IMG/VR virus record: IMGVR_UViG_3300028394_000059
Span: 1 to 64,000 of that record
DNA length: 64,000 nucleotides
DNA from: a virus
Reading direction: 5' to 3' (one strand)
Part shown: positions 18,245 to 27,924 of the stretch, one piece after another
Layout: every line of letters begins with the position of its first letter
How positions within the stretch are numbered: position 1 is the stretch's first letter
The notes under the pieces: generated by a model
What the model was told of the DNA's origin: nothing
Databases searched by the model: none
The model's input: only the letters and a program-made list of their open reading frames with translations
Position numbers and translations under genes: made by a program

Positions 18245-18838
18245 ATGTCATATTTAATTATAGATACCCTGTCCAAAAACAAATCGATTTTTAATCCTCA
18301 AACAACACTTGAGAATACAAGCTCATATGGTATATGGGATCTCACTAGAGCATCCATTTCTTATCGGAATACTGCAGTTAATATAGATAGTCTTTTTATA
18401 ATTACTGAATATTATCAGATGAGACCTGATTTGATTGCAGCTATAAAAATGGGGGATCATGGTAAAATGGGATCCATGCTAAAATTAAATAATATAAGCA
18501 ACCCATTTGCAATAATGGAGGGTAAGATCATGGCAATACCAACCGGAAGTACTGTTCAGGGTTCATATAATAATAAGAAAGCAATAAATCAAGCAGAGGC
18601 TTCGTCCAATACCAACACAAATCCCAATCAGGTGTTTAGAAAAAATCAGGAACAGAAAAAATTTAAGGTTAGTGAGGGTAGAAAAAAATTCTTGGATTCT
18701 AAGATTAAAAATCAACCAGCAATGGTTCTTCCTCCAAATGTAGCTCAGGAAGGTGACAAGGCGGTAGCTAAAAGTAGCGGATTCCTTATATTTGCTCCTA
18801 ATGCAGGTGGAGGTGGATTTAATAGACCAGTTAACTAA
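18245..18838 (+). CDS. Baseplate wedge protein, gp53/LysM-like
   Basis: MRPDLIA..MG....MLKLNNISNPF.I.EG.IMAIP is the gp53/LysM-type signature. Confidence 0.7.
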   Translation: MSYLIIDTLSKNKSIFNPQTTLENTSSYGIWDLTRASISYRNTAVNIDSLFIITEYYQMRPDLIAAIKMGDHGKMGSMLKLNNISNPFAIMEGKIMAIPTGSTVQGSYNNKKAINQAEASSNTNTNPNQVFRKNQEQKKFKVSEGRKKFLDSKIKNQPAMVLPPNVAQEGDKAVAKSSGFLIFAPNAGGGGFNRPVN

Positions 18839-20397
18839 TGGGAATGACTAGTGAAGATATAAAATTTGGTACTCTTGCTCTGAATAATATGAAGCTGGAT
18901 GAGATGATCCAGGTTGATAGATCAAATGGTTCGAATGATGCCAATGTTAAGAGGGACACTGCAGCAAATGCAGAAGCTGCAACTGGATTAACCTCACCCT
19001 TCATAACAATAAATGCATATAACGTAACAAATTTTCTAATTAATTTTAATCTCGATCTTAGTGGATTTTTGCCCACTGTAAGATTTACTTTTTCTGCAGG
19101 AGATCCTGTTTTTATTTCTGTAAACTATCCTAAGGATGGCGATATTGTTTCAGTGTATATGAAATCTCAGGGAGATTTATATAAGGCCTTCAGAATGGAC
19201 TTTAAGATATTAACTGTATCCGGTGATGTTTCAAGTAAATATGCGGAAAGCGGAAGTGATCCTGAGGGAACATATTTTAAATTTATAATTACTGCCGAGT
19301 GTAATATACCTGGCTTGTATTCTCCAAAAATAAAGTCTTTCAAATCAATGGCATCCAGTGATGCCCTATTGGAGGTTTCACAGGAGCTAAATCTTGGTTA
19401 TTCTACTAATGAGAAAGCTACTGATGATAAGATGACATGGATATGCCCAAATTATTCATATTACGACTTTATACAGGAGGTTGCTATTAGAGCATATAAG
19501 GACGACGAGGAGAGCTTTTATGATTGCTGGATAGATAGTTACTATAACCTAAATTTTATCAATCTTGGAACCCAATTTGCGTTCACTGGAGATCCCAAAC
19601 AGGAGATCGTTATAATACCAGGTAACACTAAACAGGGTGTCAATGTTGATGCACTTATTCCAGGTACACCTAAGCCCAGTCCTGCTACTTTACCCCTTGT
19701 TTTAACCAACGGAGCTGGAGCTGGAACGAATCCTTTTACAATAAATGGATATACACTGACCTCGGTATCTGGATCTAATACCAATAGGATGGGATACATC
19801 ACTACCATCGGATTTTATGACGAGGGCATGGTAGCCGAAGATCCAAATACAAAGTACATTAAGTATGATATGGAATCGCAGACCCCGGAGCATGTTCCTG
19901 CGGGTGGAATTTTACAGAAGGGGAGAGCAAGGAGTAACGATTATAAGCAAGAAACCAGAAGAGAATGGCTTGGTGTATTAAACACCGATCCTAATGGTGT
20001 GGACGGAGTACATAAAAACTTCTATCATGCTAAGGTGCAGAATCTAATCAATATAAACGATGTCACTAAGATGACATTGGAGGTTGAACTTACTGGCTAT
20101 TTCCCTGGTATCTATAGAGGTCAGGTAATACCCGTTGTTATTTATGCATTTGGTGCTAGTACAAGACAACAGAATGTTGGGGATCTGCCAAATAAATCGC
20201 CAAATACAAACACAGCACCGACAAAGGATGAATTTTTATCTGGACTTTATGTTATAACTGGTATGAATGTGTCATGGTCACAGATGTCTGGGGGAATGAC
20301 ACAAAGACTTATACTTTCTAAGAGAATGTGGACAGCTAACTCATCGGGAGCAATACCTAAAGCATTCCCGATATCAGTACAAAGTAGACAATTTTAA
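18838..20397 (+). CDS. Baseplate hub protein (gp27-like)
   Basis: Position between gp53-like and gp5-like genes; D.MTWICPN, FPGIYRGQVIPV, DEFLSGLYVITG motifs. Confidence 0.6.
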   Translation: MGMTSEDIKFGTLALNNMKLDEMIQVDRSNGSNDANVKRDTAANAEAATGLTSPFITINAYNVTNFLINFNLDLSGFLPTVRFTFSAGDPVFISVNYPKDGDIVSVYMKSQGDLYKAFRMDFKILTVSGDVSSKYAESGSDPEGTYFKFIITAECNIPGLYSPKIKSFKSMASSDALLEVSQELNLGYSTNEKATDDKMTWICPNYSYYDFIQEVAIRAYKDDEESFYDCWIDSYYNLNFINLGTQFAFTGDPKQEIVIIPGNTKQGVNVDALIPGTPKPSPATLPLVLTNGAGAGTNPFTINGYTLTSVSGSNTNRMGYITTIGFYDEGMVAEDPNTKYIKYDMESQTPEHVPAGGILQKGRARSNDYKQETRREWLGVLNTDPNGVDGVHKNFYHAKVQNLININDVTKMTLEVELTGYFPGIYRGQVIPVVIYAFGASTRQQNVGDLPNKSPNTNTAPTKDEFLSGLYVITGMNVSWSQMSGGMTQRLILSKRMWTANSSGAIPKAFPISVQSRQF

Positions 20398-20403
20398 ATG
20401 TCG

Positions 20404-20411
20404 GATAAATA
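20404..20411 (+). promoter_or_regulatory. Late promoter variant GATAAATA
   Basis: One mismatch to GATATATA and one to T4 TATAAATA; 18 nt before ATG 20430. Confidence 0.45.
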
Positions 20412-20429
20412 TAGAAATAATCATCTTAA

Positions 20430-22781
20430 ATGTCATTAGGAGCAACAGATAAACAGAGAAGTTTATTTCTCAAGGGATTTAAACTATCAAAGCAAGGAAA
20501 CTATGAAGATCCAACGTATCTTGGGTTTAAGATAATCTTTGATTTTGGAACATTGCCAATCAATGCAGAGGATGGCCTACCACCAAGTCCTCTTTTCAAG
20601 GATGATAGTTATTATTACGGAGCTCAGAATAATTTTTTTGGTAGTAATCCATTCGGACAACCCCAATATGATTATTTAACACCAGGATTAAACGGTAAGG
20701 TTGCATACTATTCTGCAGCAAGCTATTTAGAACAAAGGGAAGCTAACTACCCATATGGCGGGAAAAGAGCGGATATGCTTAGACAATTTAAGATAATACT
20801 TAGCGATATCTTATCAAATTCGCCCTGGTTTATACAATCTATAGATGGCCTCGATAATCTGGCAAAAGTTGCTAGACCTGGATATCAACCAGGAGGTGAG
20901 GGTACTTTTAGTGCGCAAAGAACAGCCAATAAAGTTCTGGAGTTTAAAACTCTTGAGTCAATGAACTTGAGAATGTCAGCTTTAGCAGATCTTTACAATC
21001 AAGCTACTTTTGATTATGATAATATGAGAGAACTTATACCCAGAAACCTCAGAAAATTTACCATGTACATTTTCGTTTCTGAGATAAGAAACTTTTTTAA
21101 AACATCGAGACTTATTGGTGCATCTGCTGCACTAACTGCTATCGATAATCTTTCAACGCTACTTGGCTCTGGTAATAACCCAGGAAGCAATCTTGGTGTT
21201 GTTGATACTATAAGTGGTGAGCAAAATCAGAATATTAATTCTGGCGGATCTAATATAAATCCTGCAAGTGGATTTAATTCATTTGTTGGTAATATACTAA
21301 ACCAATCGGGAGTTGATAACGATCTGTCTCTTTTTAGAAACCAGGAAGATCAATCAGGTATTAAACCAATGATGGTTTTTGAATGTAGAAACTGTGAATT
21401 TGATTTTACTGATAGCAGTCCTATAAGTAGCACCATAAATATAGGTACTGCTGCTGAGCAGGTAACCCAGAAATTTAAAATACATGTTGGTAAGGTTAGA
21501 GTAAGAAACCAATATCCAAACATAAGACAGGATGGCAAACCTTTAATACTTGGCGATGGGTGGGATTCTGCTAGATCTGCGGTTCAAAAATCACCAAGGG
21601 ATACAAACGATGTTCTATCTCTTGGAGGGGAATTACTAACTAACTTTGTAGCTAATTCACTTAATGATTTAATAAATGAGGGCGTTGCAAGTTTTATTAA
21701 ACCAAATCTTGCAGGTCTGGATAAATTAGCTTTAGGTAATGCATACAGCTTTAATCCTGGGGAGCTAACATCACACTTATCATTTAACAATGCACAGAAT
21801 TTCTTAAATAGCATACCTGGGGTTAATGCAGGATTTAAACAAACATCTTTTCCTACCCCACAATCAACTGGACTCGGTGGACCACCGCAGAGAGTCTACC
21901 CTGCTCCTGGTGGTGATGTTTATGCTAAAGTACCTGGAAGAGATCTTGGTGTACCTGATAGAGTTTATCCACCTCCTGGTGGTGATGCTTATGGTAATGT
22001 ACCAGGCCCGGATTTAGGTGTCCCTGATAGGGTTTATCCGGTTCCGAATGGTGATGCATACGATACAGTTCCTGGACCAGACCTAGGGGTACCTGATAGA
22101 ATCTATCCTGCTCCTGGTGGTGATGCTTACGCTAATGTGCCAGGATCAGATTTAGGAGTTCCCGACAGAGTTTATGCTGCACCTAACGATGATGTTTATG
22201 CTAATGTACCTGGATCTGATCTGGGAGTACCAGATAGAGCTTATTTTGCACCTAACGATGATGTTTATGCTAATGTACCTGGATCTGATCTGGGAGTACC
22301 CGATAGAGCTTATCCTACTTTTAATGAACAGGTTTATGGTACACCACCAACTCCGGGTCAGCTTACTAATAATGAGGTTGTTTATACCGATCCACCAACA
22401 CCAGAAAACCTACGGGAAACACAGGTTTATCCCGATATTACACCCAGTCAATCCACTAATAATCTAGGTGGACAGGTATATCCGGATGTCACATTTAGTC
22501 AATCACCTGATAATTTAGGAGGTCAAGTATATCCGGAAGCTAGAGTCGTTTCTTCTGATGGCGAATTAAGGGACCCTTCGAATACATTTGAACAAAAACC
22601 TTCACCCGTTTACACCAAACCCAAATCAGATACAAGAAGGGGTGATATAGGAAAGGTTTATCCGCCAACTAGTGGTGATTTTATGGTAGACAATCCTAAG
22701 GATTTAGGAAACTTAAAACCTCCTACAAAATATAATATAAGTAAGGGTGGATTTAATACACCTAAAACTGAATTTGAATAA
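20430..22781 (+). CDS. Baseplate/tail-tube-like structural protein with a Pro/Gly repeat tail
   Basis: EDPTYLGF, PWFIQSIDGL, LESMNLRM, P.NLRKFTMYIFVSEIR motifs; baseplate context; 23-aa repeats. Confidence 0.5.
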   Translation: MSLGATDKQRSLFLKGFKLSKQGNYEDPTYLGFKIIFDFGTLPINAEDGLPPSPLFKDDSYYYGAQNNFFGSNPFGQPQYDYLTPGLNGKVAYYSAASYLEQREANYPYGGKRADMLRQFKIILSDILSNSPWFIQSIDGLDNLAKVARPGYQPGGEGTFSAQRTANKVLEFKTLESMNLRMSALADLYNQATFDYDNMRELIPRNLRKFTMYIFVSEIRNFFKTSRLIGASAALTAIDNLSTLLGSGNNPGSNLGVVDTISGEQNQNINSGGSNINPASGFNSFVGNILNQSGVDNDLSLFRNQEDQSGIKPMMVFECRNCEFDFTDSSPISSTINIGTAAEQVTQKFKIHVGKVRVRNQYPNIRQDGKPLILGDGWDSARSAVQKSPRDTNDVLSLGGELLTNFVANSLNDLINEGVASFIKPNLAGLDKLALGNAYSFNPGELTSHLSFNNAQNFLNSIPGVNAGFKQTSFPTPQSTGLGGPPQRVYPAPGGDVYAKVPGRDLGVPDRVYPPPGGDAYGNVPGPDLGVPDRVYPVPNGDAYDTVPGPDLGVPDRIYPAPGGDAYANVPGSDLGVPDRVYAAPNDDVYANVPGSDLGVPDRAYFAPNDDVYANVPGSDLGVPDRAYPTFNEQVYGTPPTPGQLTNNEVVYTDPPTPENLRETQVYPDITPSQSTNNLGGQVYPDVTFSQSPDNLGGQVYPEARVVSSDGELRDPSNTFEQKPSPVYTKPKSDTRRGDIGKVYPPTSGDFMVDNPKDLGNLKPPTKYNISKGGFNTPKTEFE
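21891..22316 (+). repeat. Six tandem 69-bp (23-aa) coding repeats plus a partial seventh
   Basis: Units start at 21891, 21960, 22029, 22098, 22167, 22236 and 22305; consensus RVYPAPGGDAYANVPGSDLGVPD. Confidence 0.95.
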
Positions 22782-22783
22782 TT

Positions 22784-23461
22784 ATGCCAAGTGAAAAAAC
22801 CTATCTCGGTAAAATAGTTGATATACAAGATCCACTTTACCAAGGGAGAGCAAAAATTAATGTTTACGGTATATTTGATGATGTTCCGGTCGAGGACCTC
22901 CCTTGGGCCGAGCAGATTGCTGGTATGTCATTCGGTGGAAATTTTGGTGGCGGTAATATATCCATACCTAGATTGGGTTCTGTTGTGGCCGTTAATTTCG
23001 AGGAGAATAATTACTATAAGCTACGGTACCATTATATAAAGGAAATGTCTAGGGACCTTAATGAGGAGCTAAAGACAGAGAATTCCTATGAGGGAACGCA
23101 TGCAATAGTATATGACGGAGAAGCTCTGCCAGGGGTGCTTAAAATGATATATACGAAAAGTAAGGGTCTCGTGCTGTCGCTTGGAAATGCATCTGTTCAG
23201 CTGGACACACAAAACGGTGGGGAATTAAGGGTTGTGGTTAAGATGGGAAATGACGAAATACGAATGGAGCAAAGTAAAGTAATAGTTAAGTGTCAAAACA
23301 TAGAGCTTGGTGAGGGTGCTATAGAAAAATTAGTTAAAGGTAGCACATTCCTCACATATTTCAATTCGCATACGCATCCGACAGGGGTAGGTCCATCCGG
23401 GACACCAATAGTGCCAATGGTTGATGCAACCCACCTAAGTCAGGTATCAAAAACTAAATAA
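22784..23461 (+). CDS. Baseplate central spike, gp5/gpV-like (OB fold plus beta-helix, no lysozyme)
   Basis: YLGKIVDIQDPLYQGRAKINVYG..LPWA..IPRLGSVV OB-fold motif; C-terminal NSHTHP HxH motif. Confidence 0.85.
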   Translation: MPSEKTYLGKIVDIQDPLYQGRAKINVYGIFDDVPVEDLPWAEQIAGMSFGGNFGGGNISIPRLGSVVAVNFEENNYYKLRYHYIKEMSRDLNEELKTENSYEGTHAIVYDGEALPGVLKMIYTKSKGLVLSLGNASVQLDTQNGGELRVVVKMGNDEIRMEQSKVIVKCQNIELGEGAIEKLVKGSTFLTYFNSHTHPTGVGPSGTPIVPMVDATHLSQVSKTK

Positions 23462-23463
23462 AA

Positions 23464-25269
23464 ATGGCAGCAGACTGGAAAACTTTTATAAGTAAAGTTA
23501 GCGATAAACTGACTTCACAGTCGATCCAATCATACGAGGAAATGGCAGACTTCCTTAGAAATGAATACATTTCTGCGACCGTTGGTAAAGCAGCATCACC
23601 ATATGGACAAACCCACGTAAAGGGGCAGGATGCCATTATGTTTGATGCATTTAAAAAGGGATTTAAACTACTTTATGAGGGTGGGGATCTAACATTTGAG
23701 GAGAAAAAAACTAATCCTGCATACGCTGATTTGGTTGTGGAACCACCTACTATTGATGTATCTGGTGCTGCCGACCAGGTTGACATAGATTTTAGAGAAT
23801 GGACAGAAGAGAACGAATCAACAATACCGGATTTTACATATTCCCAGTTTTTTTCCCAGTACCCTAATTTTCCAGCAAATAGAACCCAAGCAGTTCTTGA
23901 AATAGCTAGAAAAATACTACACCAATTCGATGGGACAAGCTCATATTTGCAATGGATGTATACATTAAGAACTGGTGCATACAGTGATTGGGGAAACCTA
24001 ATAATGGACCAAGTGGTAAAATTTATCAAATCAGAGGTTGATGCACCTTTGAAAGTTGGTGATGTTGTTAGAGGATATGCAAAATACAGGAACACTGATA
24101 GTGTATATTTCATTACCTCCCGGAATGGTGATATTAATGCAAATTCATATACCACAACTGAACCTACCAACTATTGGCAGGGATCTAATAACTTTACCAC
24201 TAAGGGGTTGGCTGAAGCATTTAATATAATTAAGGGTGACTTTAATATTGATAGCAGGGATCTTACTAGTTCTGCAATTCAACTAAGCAAGGAAAATCCA
24301 CCTTTTGAAAAAAGTGATATTGTGGACGGTAGAATAGTATCAACTTCTTCCGGAAAAATAAGGGTCTCATATTTTAGTAAACGCTATAACAGAAACTTTA
24401 TTAAGGAGTTAATTCCTGGAACGGCAAGCAAAAAATTAGATGTGAAGGAAATTGCTGCAAATTTACCTTCCGTTTTATTAAGCGATAAAGTGTTACAAGA
24501 ACAGGATCTTATGAATCCTGATAAAATACCAGATTATTTGACTGCTAGATTTATAACTACATTCACATACTCCCCTAGATATGATACCAAATATCTGAGA
24601 GCTGTGTTAAATACAAGAGCAAATGATCTTGGTCAGCAAGTAATAAAATCAATAGAAGATGAATTTGACGATTCCTACCAGTATGCTGATGAGATAGTTG
24701 GTCTATTTTCTGGTAATTCGAAAAGAAGCGGATTTTTTAGGAGAAATATAGGTTATTTTACTGGAACAGGAGGTTTTGATTTCAATAGGATAAGATCCCG
24801 TAGAGACCAGAATAAAGAAATTGAATATAAGGCGGAGGAGAATAGGTTCAGGGAACTTAAGATCCGTTGGATAAATGAATTAGCTGATGCTGCTAAAAAA
24901 AATGAGGATCCCGATAAACCCGAAGATGGCTATTTTGTGATGGCTAAGGGTGTTATTGATTATTGGAAATCCTGCAGTGTGCAACCACTAAGTAATGCAC
25001 CTGCTGCACCACCCGCAATAATTCCTACCCCTGGTATATACATTAAGATATATTTAGGCAGTCAATCAATGTTGGGAAGCAATATCAAAAGAGCATTCAA
25101 TACGGGAAAAAGAATACCAGAAAAACAGATTGCAGCCAAGATGGTTGCGTCCGCATTGGCATATTCTTTTTCAATGCATCTATTGGAACTTAAGTTTATT
25201 TACTCGGGTGCTATACCTGCTTCACCTGGAACTGCACCTATGATAGGATTCATTCCCCTGGTCTATTAA
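23464..25269 (+). CDS. Hypothetical baseplate-associated protein
   Basis: 601-aa ORF starting 2 nt after the spike gene. Confidence 0.6.
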   Translation: MAADWKTFISKVSDKLTSQSIQSYEEMADFLRNEYISATVGKAASPYGQTHVKGQDAIMFDAFKKGFKLLYEGGDLTFEEKKTNPAYADLVVEPPTIDVSGAADQVDIDFREWTEENESTIPDFTYSQFFSQYPNFPANRTQAVLEIARKILHQFDGTSSYLQWMYTLRTGAYSDWGNLIMDQVVKFIKSEVDAPLKVGDVVRGYAKYRNTDSVYFITSRNGDINANSYTTTEPTNYWQGSNNFTTKGLAEAFNIIKGDFNIDSRDLTSSAIQLSKENPPFEKSDIVDGRIVSTSSGKIRVSYFSKRYNRNFIKELIPGTASKKLDVKEIAANLPSVLLSDKVLQEQDLMNPDKIPDYLTARFITTFTYSPRYDTKYLRAVLNTRANDLGQQVIKSIEDEFDDSYQYADEIVGLFSGNSKRSGFFRRNIGYFTGTGGFDFNRIRSRRDQNKEIEYKAEENRFRELKIRWINELADAAKKNEDPDKPEDGYFVMAKGVIDYWKSCSVQPLSNAPAAPPAIIPTPGIYIKIYLGSQSMLGSNIKRAFNTGKRIPEKQIAAKMVASALAYSFSMHLLELKFIYSGAIPASPGTAPMIGFIPLVY

Positions 25270-25289
25270 CAAAAAACCGGAGTAACAAA

Positions 25290-25318
25290 GGAACTTACGT
25301 TGTGATATATAGTACAAT
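25290..25318 (+). promoter_or_regulatory. Nested promoters: GGAAC-N18-TACAAT with GATATATA (25304-25311) in its spacer
   Basis: Both recurrent motifs overlap upstream of the S1 gene. Confidence 0.55.
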
Positions 25319-25353
25319 AAATAATACTTTTAAACACCTTTAAACAAAAAAAT

Positions 25354-26514
25354 ATGGATTTTAATACTGATGAAAATTTCGACTGGGACGTTACTAATGG
25401 ATTGGTTGTTAACTCTAAAATAAAAGCCCCTGGGGGTTCAAAGATCTACTCACATGAGTCATATGCTCAAGAATTAGCAGATCTTTATTTTAAAAGTTAT
25501 ACTGATCTTGATAACGGATCTAAGGATCTTGTTGATGGAGCGGTTTACCCTTGCACAATAATAACACTAAAAGAGGATGAAGCTTTAGCACAAACAACAT
25601 CAGGACAAACAATTTATATTGATCTTAAGAGAGAAAGAAGAGATGCTGAAAAACTAAGTTTACAAGGATTAACATTTAACCCTGGAGAAGAAGTCAACGC
25701 TAGAGTTAGAAAAGTTAACGGAAGCTATAATGGATCTGTTATTGACTATTATATACATAGCTTAAGAGCTGAGTTATTCGAGCAGATCAAGAAGGAAAGT
25801 AGCGCATATAGAATCAAAATTCTTAGCGTCAATAAAGGAGGCTATATTGCTGAACTATCAGGAATCAAATGTTTCCTACCTGGATCACTTGCTGCTGCGA
25901 ACAAAATTACTGATTTTGAATCATACATCGGCAAAGAAATGCACGTAATGATAGACGGATATGTTGAAGCGAAAGACATATTCATCGTATCGTATAAGAA
26001 ATACTTAAATAAGATCATGGATTCCAAAATTCAAGAACTTGATCTTACTAAGAAATATAAGGGTTATGTTACTGGAACTAGCGGATTTGGTGTTTTTGTT
26101 GAATGGGACAGTGTTTATACTGGACTTATCCATAAAACTGAATTCTCTGATGACAACTCATTATCACTACTTAGCTCAGGATCCGAAATTGAATTCTATG
26201 TTAAGGAGATAAAAGATAATAATAGACTTACACTTACTTTAGATAAACCGTTGGAGAGAAACGTTATTATACAAGATTTAGAAAATCACGTAAAAGACGG
26301 AACAGGTGAGCCATTAGAAGCTAAGGTTAAGCATAGAAGAAAAAATGGAGCTCTTGTTGAGATCGTACAATACGGACTTATGGCTTTAATACCTCAGGAC
26401 AGATTGGGTAAGAAAGGTGCTAATATTAAAACTGGAGATGACGTAACCGTTACTCCCTACGAGGTTGATACGATCACCGGAAAAATATATGTCGAACTAA
26501 TAAATGTCGGATAG
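25354..26514 (+). CDS. rpsA: Phage-encoded ribosomal protein S1-like protein (about 4 S1/OB domains)
   Basis: NKGGYIAELSGIKCFLPGS..IVSYKKYL, YKGYVTGTSGFGVFVEW..TGLIHKTEFS, LEAKVK..GALVEI; ENFDWD N-terminus. Confidence 0.8.
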   Translation: MDFNTDENFDWDVTNGLVVNSKIKAPGGSKIYSHESYAQELADLYFKSYTDLDNGSKDLVDGAVYPCTIITLKEDEALAQTTSGQTIYIDLKRERRDAEKLSLQGLTFNPGEEVNARVRKVNGSYNGSVIDYYIHSLRAELFEQIKKESSAYRIKILSVNKGGYIAELSGIKCFLPGSLAAANKITDFESYIGKEMHVMIDGYVEAKDIFIVSYKKYLNKIMDSKIQELDLTKKYKGYVTGTSGFGVFVEWDSVYTGLIHKTEFSDDNSLSLLSSGSEIEFYVKEIKDNNRLTLTLDKPLERNVIIQDLENHVKDGTGEPLEAKVKHRRKNGALVEIVQYGLMALIPQDRLGKKGANIKTGDDVTVTPYEVDTITGKIYVELINVG

Positions 26515-27910
26515 CAGAACACATTTTGATAAGATACATGCACTTGATTCATCTGTAATAGGATTCGAATTCGAATTCTATACGAATCTTTTGAAGGGGC
26601 AAGCTGCTGATTCATTATCCAAGCTTATCAAGAAAAAAGTTGTGGTTTCTGAAAAGTATCATTCATTAATACCGGTAGACGCAGATAATTTTAAGCTTGA
26701 ACCTGATTACTCGGGAGGTAGTAAAATGATGGAACTTATTACTGGGCCACTTCCCTATAATGAGGCAATGCCAATACTTATAAAAATATTAAATTGGATT
26801 AACGAGAATGGCTGGACCTCAGACAGATGCGCTTTCCAATTTTCTGTGAGCTACGCTAAAAATAGAAGAGACATAAAGGATAAGATTGAAAATCTCGATA
26901 AGCTTAAGTTTACATTAGGTCTGGATGAGGGATTTATATATTCCAGATTTGGGAGCAGGGAAAAAAACGTCTATGCGAAATCTATAAAGAAAGTAATTCC
27001 TAGAAATAGATTTTCAATTCTTGAAAATATACAAAGTATAGATCCTAAAATGTACAGAGTACCTGAGGACAAATACTATGGGGTTAACTTCACAAAGATG
27101 CCTAAGGGATATATCGAATTTAGATATTTGGGTAATAGAGATTATCAGAAGAAAACTAAGGAAATCAGAGAGGTAATAGATTATATAATTCTATACCTTT
27201 ACGATTTACTAAGCCATAGAATAATGGGCTATAGCAAAGATGATTTAGCCACTCTTCAGGGAATGATGAATAAATACTCTAAGGTTGTTAGATCATTCAG
27301 CAATCCTGATTTTTTCTTTAGAAATTATCCGGATTTCCACGTCTTTGTCGACCTTAAAGGGTGGGACGAGAATATTAAAACATATTTCCCGATGATAAGA
27401 GATAAAATATTTGATCTTATTATAGAGGGAAATATAACTGCATGCTATTTTAATTATGATACCACTACTGGAAGATCACAAGTAAAGGAGGCAAGATGCA
27501 GAAATGCATTTGAAATTGTTGATATGGATCTTATATTTTGCGATATTAAAAATGCTAGTATAAAAAACTGTAACATCTATAATTGCGACATAAAGAAATC
27601 TGCAGTAGAGGATTCTTATATTTTTGCAGGCACAAAGGTTTCATTTTCTAAAATTAAGGCTACAATTGTTGATTATAGTAATGATCTTAATGATTGCTTT
27701 ATAGATTGTGAAGGAAAAAACATAAATTGTAAAATTACTGGTGGTGTTTTAAGAGCTGGACTTATTGGTGAAAATGCTGAGATTAGCAAAGAAACAATGC
27801 AGATAAAGAGTCGAGACGACCAAAGAATGCTTAGATTCGTTACAGATAAGAGACTAAAAGATCTTAATGATAGATTGAATAGTCCTAAATTTGGTAATAT
27901 GAATTACTAA
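26504..27910 (+). CDS. Putative amidoligase (COOH-NH2 ligase type 2) with a C-terminal beta-helix-like region
   Basis: IGFEFEF, LEPDYSG..MELITGPL, KYYGVNF, YIEFRY motifs; C-terminal IKNCNIYNCDIK-type repeats. Confidence 0.7.
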   Translation: MSDSRTHFDKIHALDSSVIGFEFEFYTNLLKGQAADSLSKLIKKKVVVSEKYHSLIPVDADNFKLEPDYSGGSKMMELITGPLPYNEAMPILIKILNWINENGWTSDRCAFQFSVSYAKNRRDIKDKIENLDKLKFTLGLDEGFIYSRFGSREKNVYAKSIKKVIPRNRFSILENIQSIDPKMYRVPEDKYYGVNFTKMPKGYIEFRYLGNRDYQKKTKEIREVIDYIILYLYDLLSHRIMGYSKDDLATLQGMMNKYSKVVRSFSNPDFFFRNYPDFHVFVDLKGWDENIKTYFPMIRDKIFDLIIEGNITACYFNYDTTTGRSQVKEARCRNAFEIVDMDLIFCDIKNASIKNCNIYNCDIKKSAVEDSYIFAGTKVSFSKIKATIVDYSNDLNDCFIDCEGKNINCKITGGVLRAGLIGENAEISKETMQIKSRDDQRMLRFVTDKRLKDLNDRLNSPKFGNMNY

Positions 27911-27924
27911 AAAAATAAGAAGCA

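Noticed and set aside
21891-22316. Regular ~69-bp periodicity resembling a CRISPR array
   Set aside because: Units are contiguous in-frame coding repeats with synonymous variation and no unique spacers, and no cas genes are visible.
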